This document shows positions 24,777 through 34,063 of a stretch of DNA of 62,404 nt, piece after piece; the first letter of the stretch is position 1; the number at the start of each line of letters is the position of its first letter. Source of the DNA: a virus (taxonomy: Duplodnaviria; Caudoviricetes); IMG/VR virus record IMGVR_UViG_3300021963_000133, positions 1 through 62,404 of that record, one strand, 5' to 3'. The notes under the pieces were generated by a model. The model saw only the letters and a list, made by a program, of their open reading frames with translations. It was not told where the DNA came from and ran no database searches. The position numbers and the translations under genes were made by a program.

Positions 24777-24805
24777 TATATATCTTTAATTTTGAGAAAG
24801 TTTCA
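24777..24805 (-). promoter_or_regulatory. Class-II promoter upstream of the leader peptide
   Basis: TGAAAC-N17-TATATA. Confidence 0.6.
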
Positions 24806-24810
24806 CATTT

Positions 24811-25029
24811 TTATGAATTTTTATCAAATTTTTCATATTCAATGTTTCCTACTTCCTGGTATGCTTGGTATAATAGTGTTACCGCTTCATCGACTTTAGT
24901 ACAAATATCCTTCTCTAGTTTACAAACTGGATGCTGTAATATATGGTCATCAATTGTACTCATAACAACATGTAATCTATCTAGCATTTCATGATAATGA
25001 AACTTGTCTAATTTGTCTTTTGCACTCAT
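24811..25029 (-). CDS. Hypothetical protein
   Basis: ORF track. Confidence 0.7.
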   Translation of the reverse strand: MSAKDKLDKFHYHEMLDRLHVVMSTIDDHILQHPVCKLEKDICTKVDEAVTLLYQAYQEVGNIEYEKFDKNS

Positions 25030-25724
25030 ATGAATGAATCTAAGGTTACGATTTTATTGTCTATTAATTTCTTACAAATCTCTCTTGAAATATCCTGATC
25101 TGATTGGTAATGAATTCCGCCTTGAACTCTTGTATGCGCTACTTTATCGCAGTATGCTGCAATTTCTTCAGCTTGTTCTGGATATTTTTGACCAAGTATT
25201 GCAGCAATCATATATGAATCTAAAGCATGTCCACTTGGATATGATGCAGTTCCAGCACTTGTTGCAACTGGCTGGTACATTGGAATATTTAATGGTCTAG
25301 CAAGTTGGAAAGGTCTTGCACGATTATAATGATTCTTAAGTTTATAAAGAAGTGGATCAGTTAGTTCTGCAATATCTTTTATTAGATCTTCTTCACCATT
25401 TATACCTAATTCTTTAAGGAAATCATTAATCACTACATAAATGTCTTTTTCGACATCTTCAATAAATTTAATGTCCTCTTCAGTTAGACCTTTCTGTTCT
25501 TCTAACATACTCTCTAATTCAGCTGATGTTTCAGGACTTGAATTCTTTGGAAAAGGTTTATTAAAAAGCTCTTCTAAGATTCCAGCCTCACGAGTCATTT
25601 TCATGATGATAGGTTCTTCATCAACATCATAACTTTTACGATGTTCTAAAGCCTCATTCCCATAACCAATCATATCGATCTGGTTAAAATCAGCAAATTC
25701 ATTGTATGTTTTAATTTTTGCCAT
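25026..25724 (-). CDS. PAP2-superfamily acid phosphatase; KTYNEF N-terminus
   Basis: KNHYNRARP, SYPSGH, RVQGGIHYQSD. Confidence 0.85.
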   Translation of the reverse strand: MAKIKTYNEFADFNQIDMIGYGNEALEHRKSYDVDEEPIIMKMTREAGILEELFNKPFPKNSSPETSAELESMLEEQKGLTEEDIKFIEDVEKDIYVVINDFLKELGINGEEDLIKDIAELTDPLLYKLKNHYNRARPFQLARPLNIPMYQPVATSAGTASYPSGHALDSYMIAAILGQKYPEQAEEIAAYCDKVAHTRVQGGIHYQSDQDISREICKKLIDNKIVTLDSFI

Positions 25725-26223
25725 TTTTAATATTCTTAGTTATTTTCTTAAGTCCTTCATTCATGATTCTGTTTCTTTCAGCAGCAGATTCATCAATTTG
25801 AATAATTGTTCGGGGTTCTTGCATTTCCATTCTAAGAACCCTTTCATCACCTTCAAGACCCTCATCTTTTATATACTGTTTTTCAAGATTTGTTTTTTTC
25901 GGAACAGTACAATTTGCTGCTCGATTTTGTAAATCTTGAATCATTTGTAAAATTTCTTGTTCTCTCTTAAATACTCGATCAGTACAACCCATTTCAGTTT
26001 CCTGCACTCTAAGATTTAATTTTGTTAGCTCTTGTCTAAGTTGACTAATCTCAGTAGTTTTTTCAGTAATTTGATGTTTGAGTTCAGTATCATCGTATGT
26101 TAATGAAGCAATAATTTTTGGTCCAACTGTAATAAAGGTGATTGATACTAAAAGAATACACAAAGCCAGAATTCTCTGACCCTGTGTGAACTTTGATAAT
26201 ATTTGAGATATGTACTTAAACAT
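25711..26223 (-). CDS. Membrane-anchored coiled-coil protein (possible spanin-like)
   Basis: N-terminal TM plus coiled coil next to a putative cell-wall enzyme. Confidence 0.55.
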   Translation of the reverse strand: MFKYISQILSKFTQGQRILALCILLVSITFITVGPKIIASLTYDDTELKHQITEKTTEISQLRQELTKLNLRVQETEMGCTDRVFKREQEILQMIQDLQNRAANCTVPKKTNLEKQYIKDEGLEGDERVLRMEMQEPRTIIQIDESAAERNRIMNEGLKKITKNIKNGKN

Positions 26224-26813
26224 TAAAAAATATCGTTTGTTTCAATCAACGTGTATGTGAATGATTTACCGTGTATTTTAGCTGCTTTGTTTACTATTAC
26301 CATAAATGCATCAAAATCAGCAATACGTTTAAATACTTGACATCCTTCTGACCAGTTTTCTACGTAAGTAGAATCGACACCAGCATGGTGAATATTAATA
26401 CCAAATACTCCTTCTTGGATTTTAGACTCATCATAAACCATATCTTTATTAAAGTCACGGTAAACTTTAACCGGCTTTGCTTGTTTAAGAGCTTTGTATT
26501 TACCTTGGTGTAAACCAATAGTATGTGAACCTCTATATTGACCTTCAACTAGTCTAGCTACTCCGGCGACATTATGGAATTCTTTAACTCCTTTTGTACC
26601 TGGATCGGTAGTTGCATCCCATTGGTGGAATTTCCATACTCCATTTTCTTTATAAGAAACGGTAATTAAATCATCGAATAGGTTGGTTACTTTATTTCCA
26701 GTATCTGAATTTCTAACTCCAACAATATTCAAGTCAAAATCCTTTGCACCTTCAAACCAAACATATCCTTTTGCTTTTACCGCTTTTTCGATAGGTTCTC
26801 TTTTTGTTTGCAT
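26223..26813 (-). CDS. Putative peptidoglycan-active enzyme (L,D-transpeptidase-like catalytic motif)
   Basis: GINIH...WSEGCQV His/Cys motif. Confidence 0.55.
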   Translation of the reverse strand: MQTKREPIEKAVKAKGYVWFEGAKDFDLNIVGVRNSDTGNKVTNLFDDLITVSYKENGVWKFHQWDATTDPGTKGVKEFHNVAGVARLVEGQYRGSHTIGLHQGKYKALKQAKPVKVYRDFNKDMVYDESKIQEGVFGINIHHAGVDSTYVENWSEGCQVFKRIADFDAFMVIVNKAAKIHGKSFTYTLIETNDIF

Positions 26814-26851
26814 AGTTTTATTTTATTTTTATTAAGTTATTTATTCAATTT

Positions 26852-27259
26852 TTAGATTGTTGAATAATTAAGCATATTGTTAGATCCAGAATCTACAATT
26901 TTAAGTCCATCATTTCGATCAATGAACAGCCATTCACAGTCTGTTAATTCAAATTGATTTAAATGCTCAATAACTTCTGATACTTCAAAACATGAACATG
27001 AGTAAATATCAAATTGGAACATTGCGGGTTCTTGTTTATCCCAGACGTGGATTGCCGCATGTGAAGTTGCTAATGTTACGGTTCCGGTAATACCTTCATT
27101 TCCAGGTTCATCAACATAAACTGATGTTGGACCGGCAACTACTACCATTCTTACTTTATTAACTAATTCTTTAAACCATTGGTTTAAAACTTCTTCTGAC
27201 TTTGGTGGGTTTTTTACGTGACCTTTTACTAAAAGGTGTAAATGATTTGGAGTAAACAT
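26852..27259 (-). CDS. speD: S-adenosylmethionine decarboxylase proenzyme-like
   Basis: LATSHAAIHVW, FDIYSC. Confidence 0.75.
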   Translation of the reverse strand: MFTPNHLHLLVKGHVKNPPKSEEVLNQWFKELVNKVRMVVVAGPTSVYVDEPGNEGITGTVTLATSHAAIHVWDKQEPAMFQFDIYSCSCFEVSEVIEHLNQFELTDCEWLFIDRNDGLKIVDSGSNNMLNYSTI

Positions 27260-27325
27260 AAATGCTTTACTAAGTTTTCTTTTATATATTTGAGAACTTA
27301 GTATTATATTACATGTTATGTACTA

Positions 27326-27808
27326 CTAACTAGGCTTATTATCAGATGCGATCATTTTTTGAATATACTGATCAACTAATCTACTAACGGCTTCAGGCTT
27401 TTCGTCTGATTTAAATTTGACTTTGATTTTTGCCATTCCAGAATTATTAGTTCTTGTAGCTCCTGAATCTACTTCAATTCCTCCAAGATTATGTTTATAA
27501 CCTTTCTTTTTAAATAGACCTAAGATTGATCTTTTAACTTGAGAAACCTGATCTTCTGAATTTCCAAAAACTAACCGTGCTTCAAATTCTATGTCTAATT
27601 CACTAAGTCCAATTGAAGAATGATCTGCTAAAATATAGAGAGGAACTGTAATAGTTTTATCTCCCATTTTAAAATCTACCGTCTTTGGAACTCCATCATC
27701 AAAATAATTAGACAATGAATTTATATGTTGCTTTTCACTGATTCCTTGGGCAACCATTGCGGCTTCCAAAAGACCACCTAAAAGTTCTTCAATATTTAAT
27801 TTTGCCAT
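27326..27808 (-). CDS. DUF2589-like protein
   Basis: VPLYILA, LDIEFEA; paralog of adjacent gene. Confidence 0.6.
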   Translation of the reverse strand: MAKLNIEELLGGLLEAAMVAQGISEKQHINSLSNYFDDGVPKTVDFKMGDKTITVPLYILADHSSIGLSELDIEFEARLVFGNSEDQVSQVKRSILGLFKKKGYKHNLGGIEVDSGATRTNNSGMAKIKVKFKSDEKPEAVSRLVDQYIQKMIASDNKPS

Positions 27809-27827
27809 TTGACTTAATTATTTTAGG

Positions 27828-27856
27828 GTTATACACAAAAAAACCCGCTTGTTTCC
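27828..27856 (-). promoter_or_regulatory. Class-II promoter (GGAAAC-N17-TATA) overlapping terminator AAACCCG/CGGGTTT
   Basis: 17-nt spacer. Confidence 0.5.
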
Positions 27857-27888
27857 AAACGGGTTTAAAATGTTAATTTAAATAATTA

Positions 27889-28494
27889 TTATGCTGGACC
27901 GTTAGCATTTGTTGAAGGCGGTATTAATGATGGCTCTAACATTTGAGTTAGATAATCAGAAAGTTTTAACATACCTTCAGTTGCTGGTAATTGCTCAGCA
28001 TGTACTTTTACTTCATACTTAGCTGAATTATCAGTGCTTCTTGTGTTCTCTTTATGAGTTGCAACGCTTCCTGACATAGTAGCTGAATATTTCATACCCC
28101 AAAATCCACCAGATGCGGTTGCACTAAAGCTGCCAGATGTATCTGAAGAATCTTTGTTAACTTCTGATGTTTTAACTTCCATAGTAAAAGCAATATCAGC
28201 AGATGTGATTGCCAATGCTGGAAGTGGAACTAAAGGTAACATAGGAACTTTAGAATAAAGAGTTTTAACTGACTGAGATCCATCAGTAGGATCTGTCATA
28301 ACTCTTTGCATTTGTACGTCTAAAGAACGAGCAACGTTTTTACCATTTTCGTCTTTGGTGAATGCTACTTCATTGATGTATTTCCATGTTACATCATTTA
28401 ATTTTGCTTGACCTTTTGCCATACCGACAATCGGAGAAACAATAAGGTCTTCAATAGGTAGACCAGTAAATTGAGCTGAAATATCTGCTGCCAT
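27889..28494 (-). CDS. DUF2589-like protein
   Basis: GLPIEDLI.SP, VPMLPLVPLPAL, FTMEVK, TDNSAKYEV.VHA, GMLKL. Confidence 0.7.
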   Translation of the reverse strand: MAADISAQFTGLPIEDLIVSPIVGMAKGQAKLNDVTWKYINEVAFTKDENGKNVARSLDVQMQRVMTDPTDGSQSVKTLYSKVPMLPLVPLPALAITSADIAFTMEVKTSEVNKDSSDTSGSFSATASGGFWGMKYSATMSGSVATHKENTRSTDNSAKYEVKVHAEQLPATEGMLKLSDYLTQMLEPSLIPPSTNANGPA

Positions 28495-28548
28495 AATTTA
28501 ATGTTTATTTTGTTTTTGTATTATTGTATTATATATCTATCAACGCTT

Positions 28549-28752
28549 TTAACCAAATTTAACCATACCACTGTACTGCCTTTTAATATCTTCAATCTCG
28601 TTTAGAGCTTCTTTAAAGGTTTCTATAATTTCTTCACTTACTGCAAAATTAAATACAGTTTGACAATTTGGACAAACTGACATAGGATTCTTAACAATAA
28701 AATCTAATGTTATTCCTAATGGAGTTTGACAATTTGGGCATGGTAAAGCCAT
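28549..28752 (-). CDS. Zinc-ribbon protein
   Basis: CPNC x2. Confidence 0.7.
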   Translation of the reverse strand: MALPCPNCQTPLGITLDFIVKNPMSVCPNCQTVFNFAVSEEIIETFKEALNEIEDIKRQYSGMVKFG

Positions 28753-28753
28753 A

Positions 28754-29044
28754 TTATTTTGATTTTGATTTTAATTCATCTAACGCATCTTGCATATATT
28801 TGTCTTGCTGATCTTGCAGATATTTAATACGTTCTTGCATATTTTGTCTATCTTCTTTGTCAGTTTGCTGAATATACGTTTTTTGTTCTTCATATAGTTT
28901 TTGCCAATATGCTACACGCTCTTCCATCATTACTCCTTGATACCAAATTACGCCTAGCATAATTACAATGGTAAATGATTGCTCTTTTAATTTGCTAACA
29001 AATACTTCTACAAATCCTTGTGCTGGTGTTTGATTCTCTGACAT
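28754..29044 (-). CDS. Putative holin/lysis accessory protein
   Basis: Single TM plus coiled coil, next to lysozyme. Confidence 0.5.
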   Translation of the reverse strand: MSENQTPAQGFVEVFVSKLKEQSFTIVIMLGVIWYQGVMMEERVAYWQKLYEEQKTYIQQTDKEDRQNMQERIKYLQDQQDKYMQDALDELKSKSK

Positions 29045-29502
29045 TATGAAAAATATAAATTTGCTTCTGCTGTTCTTCTTTTAGTTAAACCAGCAAGTAC
29101 TTTACCTCCTGCTTTATTCCATTTTAAAAACTCAGCTCTAATAGTCGGATCGTTTGGATTAGCATTAACTTTTTTAAGTAGTGTGCTAGATTTTAAATTA
29201 GCAGGTCCTAAATTATAACAAAAACTTACAAGTGCATCAAATTGATTTTGTGTAATTGTATCTATGCAATATGCATCAACATACTGTTCAAAACTAGAAA
29301 GCGACCATAATAATAATTCTATTGCACGAGCTTCTGTAATAACAGGATCTTTTAAAGTTACTTTTGCTTTATTTTCATAAAACGTGTTACCATATCCAAT
29401 TGTTGGTACATTTGCTGGGCACAAGTAAGGCTTTAAGTAAAGTCCCTCAAATGATTTAATTAAGTCTAGACCTTTTTGGCCTATTTTAGTTATCTTTGCC
29501 AT
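29044..29502 (-). CDS. Endolysin, GH24 lysozyme
   Basis: IKSFEG, PTIGYG, QFDALVSFCYNLG, GLTKRRTAE. Confidence 0.92.
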   Translation of the reverse strand: MAKITKIGQKGLDLIKSFEGLYLKPYLCPANVPTIGYGNTFYENKAKVTLKDPVITEARAIELLLWSLSSFEQYVDAYCIDTITQNQFDALVSFCYNLGPANLKSSTLLKKVNANPNDPTIRAEFLKWNKAGGKVLAGLTKRRTAEANLYFS

Positions 29503-29504
29503 AA

Positions 29505-29804
29505 TTAATTCTGTGTATTTTCTTCTGATGTTTTATTAGAAGTTCCTTCCTTAACTTGTTTTTTAAGTGCTGTGAATTTATCGACAGAGGAAAGTCCAAG
29601 ACAACCAAATGCAAGTAATGCAACTGCATTTATAATTGTATCATTTAAAACTATATCATTTTTATGTAAGCTACTGTAAATTAGAACAAATATTAGCGAT
29701 AAACTTGCTAAAATTCCAATTACTCTTTTTGAAGATGGGGAACCATTTTCGTCTGAAGCTAGTTTATGTACCCATTCTAATATTTTTGGGAAAGGATTTG
29801 ACAT
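29505..29804 (-). CDS. Putative holin (2 TM)
   Basis: SSKR motif plus two TM helices upstream of lysozyme. Confidence 0.55.
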   Translation of the reverse strand: MSNPFPKILEWVHKLASDENGSPSSKRVIGILASLSLIFVLIYSSLHKNDIVLNDTIINAVALLAFGCLGLSSVDKFTALKKQVKEGTSNKTSEENTQN

Positions 29805-29864
29805 GACATAATAAAATATATTTAATGATTAGATTTATATATCTTATTCTAAGATTGTCGGTAT

Positions 29865-30455
29865 TTATCGACAATTACATGTAAAAAAGTCAATGTCGCG
29901 AGTGACTGGCTGTACATTTAAGAAATAGTAACATTTTTTGATATTACCATATTTGATTTCTTTATAGAAGCCTGACGGTATTGCAGCACCACCAGGTACT
30001 CTTAGAATTGGTGAATTGAAGTCAATTAATATTTTAATTGAAACTTTATTAGTTAGTGCTAATTTACGTTCTTGGATTTCTAACATTTTCCAAGGTCCAC
30101 GATTTAAACCTTGATGTTGTAATGCTGAATTTGCGTAGGAGAATGTTGTGAATAACATTTCTTTGGTACAATTAAAGGATGCTGCAGGTGCCATGTGACC
30201 TTTGTCCCATTGATTGTCAATATAATCGTTATTGTCAGAAGTTTTAACTCCTTTTATGGTATAAAATTCCATTCCGGTTCGGGGTGCAGATCCATCCGGA
30301 CAGAGTACAATGTACTCTACTTTTTTTGGTTGTTCTAGAACTTCAGAATAAACTATTTTAAAATATTTATTGTTGATTTGAACACTATCACGAAGGGTTT
30401 GAGACCTTCCTGATAGTGTTGTTAAGGTCAATAATAAAATTATTAGTTTTTTCAT
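29865..30455 (-). CDS. DNA/RNA non-specific endonuclease with signal peptide
   Basis: DKGHMAPA, QHQGLNRGPWKMLE, IPSGFYK. Confidence 0.88.
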   Translation of the reverse strand: MKKLIILLLTLTTLSGRSQTLRDSVQINNKYFKIVYSEVLEQPKKVEYIVLCPDGSAPRTGMEFYTIKGVKTSDNNDYIDNQWDKGHMAPAASFNCTKEMLFTTFSYANSALQHQGLNRGPWKMLEIQERKLALTNKVSIKILIDFNSPILRVPGGAAIPSGFYKEIKYGNIKKCYYFLNVQPVTRDIDFFTCNCR

Positions 30456-31573
30456 TAATTTGAAAGAGGAGCCTTTATTTCGGGTTGTGACTTATAATTT
30501 ATCAACTTAATAGAATTACGATCAATTTTATCAAATTCAGTAATATATCCGTCAAAGTATGTATACTCAAAATCTAATTCAACTTGGGGTAGTTCGAATC
30601 CTTCACGACTAATTTGTTCTTTAGCTTGTTCAAGATGATTAGAATAGAGATGAGTATCTCCAAGATTTCCAATCAATTCATCAGGAACCATGTTAACTCT
30701 CTTTGCCAACATTAATAACAATAGACCATAAGAAGCAATGTTGAATGGAAGACCTAAAAACGTATCGACCGAACGTTGATTCCACATTAAGGAAATTGCT
30801 CGAGTTGGAATTCCTTTCTCATTCATAAAATGAATAGCTTGGTTAGGTAAACCTCCTGGAGGATATTCATTTCCTGCTAATTTAAATCTTTCTTCTAAAG
30901 TTAACTCTCTTGTATAAACTTGAAAACCATAATGACAAGGGGGTAGAGTCATCTGATCGATTTCAGCAACATTCCAAGCATTAACCATTAATCTTCTAGA
31001 ATCTGGATTCCGTTCAAGGTCTGCAATAAGTCTGAGAATTTGATCGAACCAAAGAGATCCAAATCCAGTTTTTCCATCATCATTTTTATATTGCATCCAA
31101 CCTTGCCATTTTCTCCATTGCTTACCATAAACTGGACCTAAGTCTCCGAGTTGGTAACCTGTTAGGTCTGGAATAAAATGAGTAGCTGGAGTTTTAATCT
31201 TCTCACTCCAATCTCGATCATCTTTGTAGTTCTTAATTCCCTGGATAAATTGTTCCATTGTCATTGGATCTACACCATGTGCAATGCATTCCTTTTCATA
31301 TCCTTTATAAGCATCTCCGTTCCAAATATTACAACCATTATCAACAAGATATTTGATGTTGGTGTCGCCCTGTAAAAACCAGAGTAACTCTGTAACCATT
31401 GATTTGAATGCCATTTTCTTGGTTGTCAAGAGTGGAAAGCCTTCCGACATTTTATGGCGAATTTGCCTACCAAAAATGGAAATCGTACCAGTTCCAGTAC
31501 GATCGCTTTTAACTATTCCATTTTTTAGAATGTCTTTTAATAGGTCTTGATATTGTTTGTCTATGTTGTTCAT
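30455..31573 (-). CDS. thyA: Thymidylate synthase
   Basis: DRTGTGT, LPPCH, QRSVDTFLGLPFNIASY, DTHLY. Confidence 0.96.
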   Translation of the reverse strand: MNNIDKQYQDLLKDILKNGIVKSDRTGTGTISIFGRQIRHKMSEGFPLLTTKKMAFKSMVTELLWFLQGDTNIKYLVDNGCNIWNGDAYKGYEKECIAHGVDPMTMEQFIQGIKNYKDDRDWSEKIKTPATHFIPDLTGYQLGDLGPVYGKQWRKWQGWMQYKNDDGKTGFGSLWFDQILRLIADLERNPDSRRLMVNAWNVAEIDQMTLPPCHYGFQVYTRELTLEERFKLAGNEYPPGGLPNQAIHFMNEKGIPTRAISLMWNQRSVDTFLGLPFNIASYGLLLLMLAKRVNMVPDELIGNLGDTHLYSNHLEQAKEQISREGFELPQVELDFEYTYFDGYITEFDKIDRNSIKLINYKSQPEIKAPLSN

Positions 31574-32136
31574 TTCTTTAAATCGATTTTAACATCTTTT
31601 TCTACTCTTTTTAAATAGGATTCTCTTTTTTCTTGAGAAACAAATGGTACGCTCCAGAATTGTCGTGTTTTAGTTTTAAACCAACCAAAGACAAATGAGT
31701 AAACTCCCATAACTAATCTTAGTTTAACAGAGTTAAAATATAAGGTTTGAACTGGCAGAGCTGGGGCACCATGTGTTAAATAAGTCCTAACTTTTTTGTC
31801 GCTTAATAACGGTTTTGGATAGCCATATAATTTAGTTAATGGTACAAAGTTATATGCAAATCCTGGTGTAAACACTTCATCAAAAAATGTTTCTATTCTT
31901 GGTGTTAATCTAAACCACCATACTGGAGATACTATATAGATTCTGTCTGACCACGTGACTTTTTCTTTATATGATTTTATTAAATCAGTTCTAGGTCTTG
32001 TGTAATCGTCATTGTATAGATCTAATACTTCGACAGTTTCATTGTTTTCTAATAGAGTTTTTTCAATGGTTTTATAAATACCATTGTAACAGAAAGACTC
32101 TTTGTTTGGGTGCGCTATTATGATTAAATTATTCAT
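31570..32136 (-). CDS. NAD(P)H dehydrogenase (quinone), flavodoxin-like fold
   Basis: AHPNKESF, SPVWW, DEVFTPGFAY. Confidence 0.85.
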   Translation of the reverse strand: MNNLIIIAHPNKESFCYNGIYKTIEKTLLENNETVEVLDLYNDDYTRPRTDLIKSYKEKVTWSDRIYIVSPVWWFRLTPRIETFFDEVFTPGFAYNFVPLTKLYGYPKPLLSDKKVRTYLTHGAPALPVQTLYFNSVKLRLVMGVYSFVFGWFKTKTRQFWSVPFVSQEKRESYLKRVEKDVKIDLKK

Positions 32137-32411
32137 CAGCGTTTTGATATTTTATTATTAGTGATTTGTTTTTGTGAAGTTGACTTAAATCGATCAATCT
32201 CATCGTTTCTTTTAGCAACGTGTTTGGTTTTACATTTTTCAACACGTTCTCTCCATAGTTTGTAACTACTAAATTTAAGCTCTTTCTTCATTAACGCTTT
32301 AACTCCATCTTCACCTAAATCAAACTGTTCTTTAATAGCATCAAAAGGCGTTCTATCCTCCCATGCCATTTCTATAATTCGATCTATTTGCTCTAAAGTT
32401 AGTTCTTTCAT
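32136..32411 (-). CDS. TIGR03643-family protein
   Basis: IDRIIEMAWEDRTPFDAI..QF, LWRERV. Confidence 0.8.
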   Translation of the reverse strand: MKELTLEQIDRIIEMAWEDRTPFDAIKEQFDLGEDGVKALMKKELKFSSYKLWRERVEKCKTKHVAKRNDEIDRFKSTSQKQITNNKISKR

Positions 32412-32501
32412 TTTTATTCGCGAGCGTCTTTTTTGCCAATATAATATCCTAATGAAAAGATACCTAAGATAATAACCATAATAAAGAAAAATTGTACCAT
32501 T

Positions 32502-32819
32502 TTATAAAGTATTTAAATATGTGATAATTGATAAAGACAATTTATATCCGGTAAAAGCGCCAATTGCCGAAGGAATTGGAAAGACAATTAATTTACCAAG
32601 ATCTGTTACATATTTCGGTCGATTAACAATCCTTCCCATATATGCATAATACACTAAATATCCAATTAAAACAGCAATGTCAGTACGAGTTGAAATAAAA
32701 ACAACAAGAATGGCGCCCAAAAAACCAAAAATAAAGTTATCACGAACACCTTCCCAAATTTCTTTAGGACCTGCTTCATTCCATTCTCTTACTATCTTAC
32801 GATATTTTGTCTTTGACAT
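32502..32819 (-). CDS. Membrane protein
   Basis: 3 TM; start adjusted to MSKTKY. Confidence 0.65.
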   Translation of the reverse strand: MSKTKYRKIVREWNEAGPKEIWEGVRDNFIFGFLGAILVVFISTRTDIAVLIGYLVYYAYMGRIVNRPKYVTDLGKLIVFPIPSAIGAFTGYKLSLSIITYLNTL

Positions 32820-33003
32820 AACTGTTGAATAAATTTCGTGCTCTTTCCTTTCGAGAATCATTACCCTCTTCAAGCATTGCTAGAATTATAAATGTTGATT
32901 CCCAATGTGTACAATCTTGTTCAATTATTTTAATGTAAACTTCAACATCAACTCCTAATTCATCAGCGACCATACAATCCATTAGATCGAATAAGCCAGC
33001 CAT
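32797..33003 (-). CDS. Hypothetical protein
   Basis: ORF track. Confidence 0.65.
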   Translation of the reverse strand: MAGLFDLMDCMVADELGVDVEVYIKIIEQDCTHWESTFIILAMLEEGNDSRKERARNLFNSYVKDKIS

Positions 33004-33221
33004 TAGTTAGATGATTTTACTGAGTTCGTACTTTTAAATAACAATTGAAATAAGATATTAATTCCTAGTGCTTGCCAGAAACCAATTTCATGAGTTCCAT
33101 CGACTGCAGGAACTAAACATCCATTCCATAATAATTGTGTTGGCCATGCCATTACGATTGCAGCAATAACAACCGTTACTAATGCCATTCCAATGGCTTT
33201 AAATACTTTACTTTGATCCAT
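33003..33221 (-). CDS. Small membrane protein
   Basis: LLWN...IGFWQALG motif. Confidence 0.7.
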   Translation of the reverse strand: MDQSKVFKAIGMALVTVVIAAIVMAWPTQLLWNGCLVPAVDGTHEIGFWQALGINILFQLLFKSTNSVKSSN

Positions 33222-33232
33222 TTTATATTTGT

Positions 33233-33730
33233 TTATGTAAATAATACTAAGCCATCTTTAGAGGCTAATTTAAATGCTTTTGTGAAATCATCATAGATTT
33301 CCATGACATTATCATATGCTATATCATCATTGATAAAATTATCAAGACAATATTTAATCATATTTGGTCGATTTGTTTCAAAATCACTATGTAACTTTTC
33401 ACTAACTTCTGGTCCAAAAACGCCTTCACAATCTGAAAAATCTATTAGTTCATAGAATGGACGTCCTTCGAATGCATCCTTGTTCATCCAGACAACTTCG
33501 GAAGTTTGACCATATATCATTAAAGATAAATTTCTACGGAACCAGTTATAGTGACTATAGGAACCTGCTCTGAATTCATGTTCTTCAGATTTTGAAGTTG
33601 GCTGATAAATTCCAACTTCTAAGCCGGCAATTCGGTCAAATCCATCTTGCCAAACATTAATACCATCGTCAGTACTTTCGGGTGTTGTAACCCTCTCGAC
33701 TCTGCTTACTGCATAAATATCTAATCCCAT
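33233..33730 (-). CDS. Hypothetical protein (MGLD family)
   Basis: MGLDI..., FRAGSYS, FSDCEG. Confidence 0.7.
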   Translation of the reverse strand: MGLDIYAVSRVERVTTPESTDDGINVWQDGFDRIAGLEVGIYQPTSKSEEHEFRAGSYSHYNWFRRNLSLMIYGQTSEVVWMNKDAFEGRPFYELIDFSDCEGVFGPEVSEKLHSDFETNRPNMIKYCLDNFINDDIAYDNVMEIYDDFTKAFKLASKDGLVLFT

Positions 33731-33763
33731 TTTCTTTAGTTTAAAATTATTATATCAAAAATA

Positions 33764-34063
33764 CTAGATTTGTTTCCATTCCTTTTTGTAGACCGCTTCC
33801 CAATGATTTCTATACTCTCGAACATTAATCATCTTAATAGTATATTGCCAGTATTCTGTCTCATACCAAATGGTAAGATTTAATGTCAATGCGGATGGAG
33901 GAACGTGACAATCTTTAGCCCATTTAAAAAGTTGTTTGATATTTCCCTTCTGTCTAATTTTTTTAGCAAAAGTAGGAAAATCACAATCCCAAATTTCAGG
34001 ATATTGGGTCAGTATTCCTGACCCAACTCCTTTATATCCTATATTATAGGCAACTTGCTTCAT
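33764..34063 (-). CDS. Hypothetical protein
   Basis: ORF track. Confidence 0.65.
   Translation of the reverse strand: MKQVAYNIGYKGVGSGILTQYPEIWDCDFPTFAKKIRQKGNIKQLFKWAKDCHVPPSALTLNLTIWYETEYWQYTIKMINVREYRNHWEAVYKKEWKQI

Noticed and set aside
30455-31573. Intron or intein in thyA
   Set aside because: Frame is continuous; insertions are short, with no intein motifs
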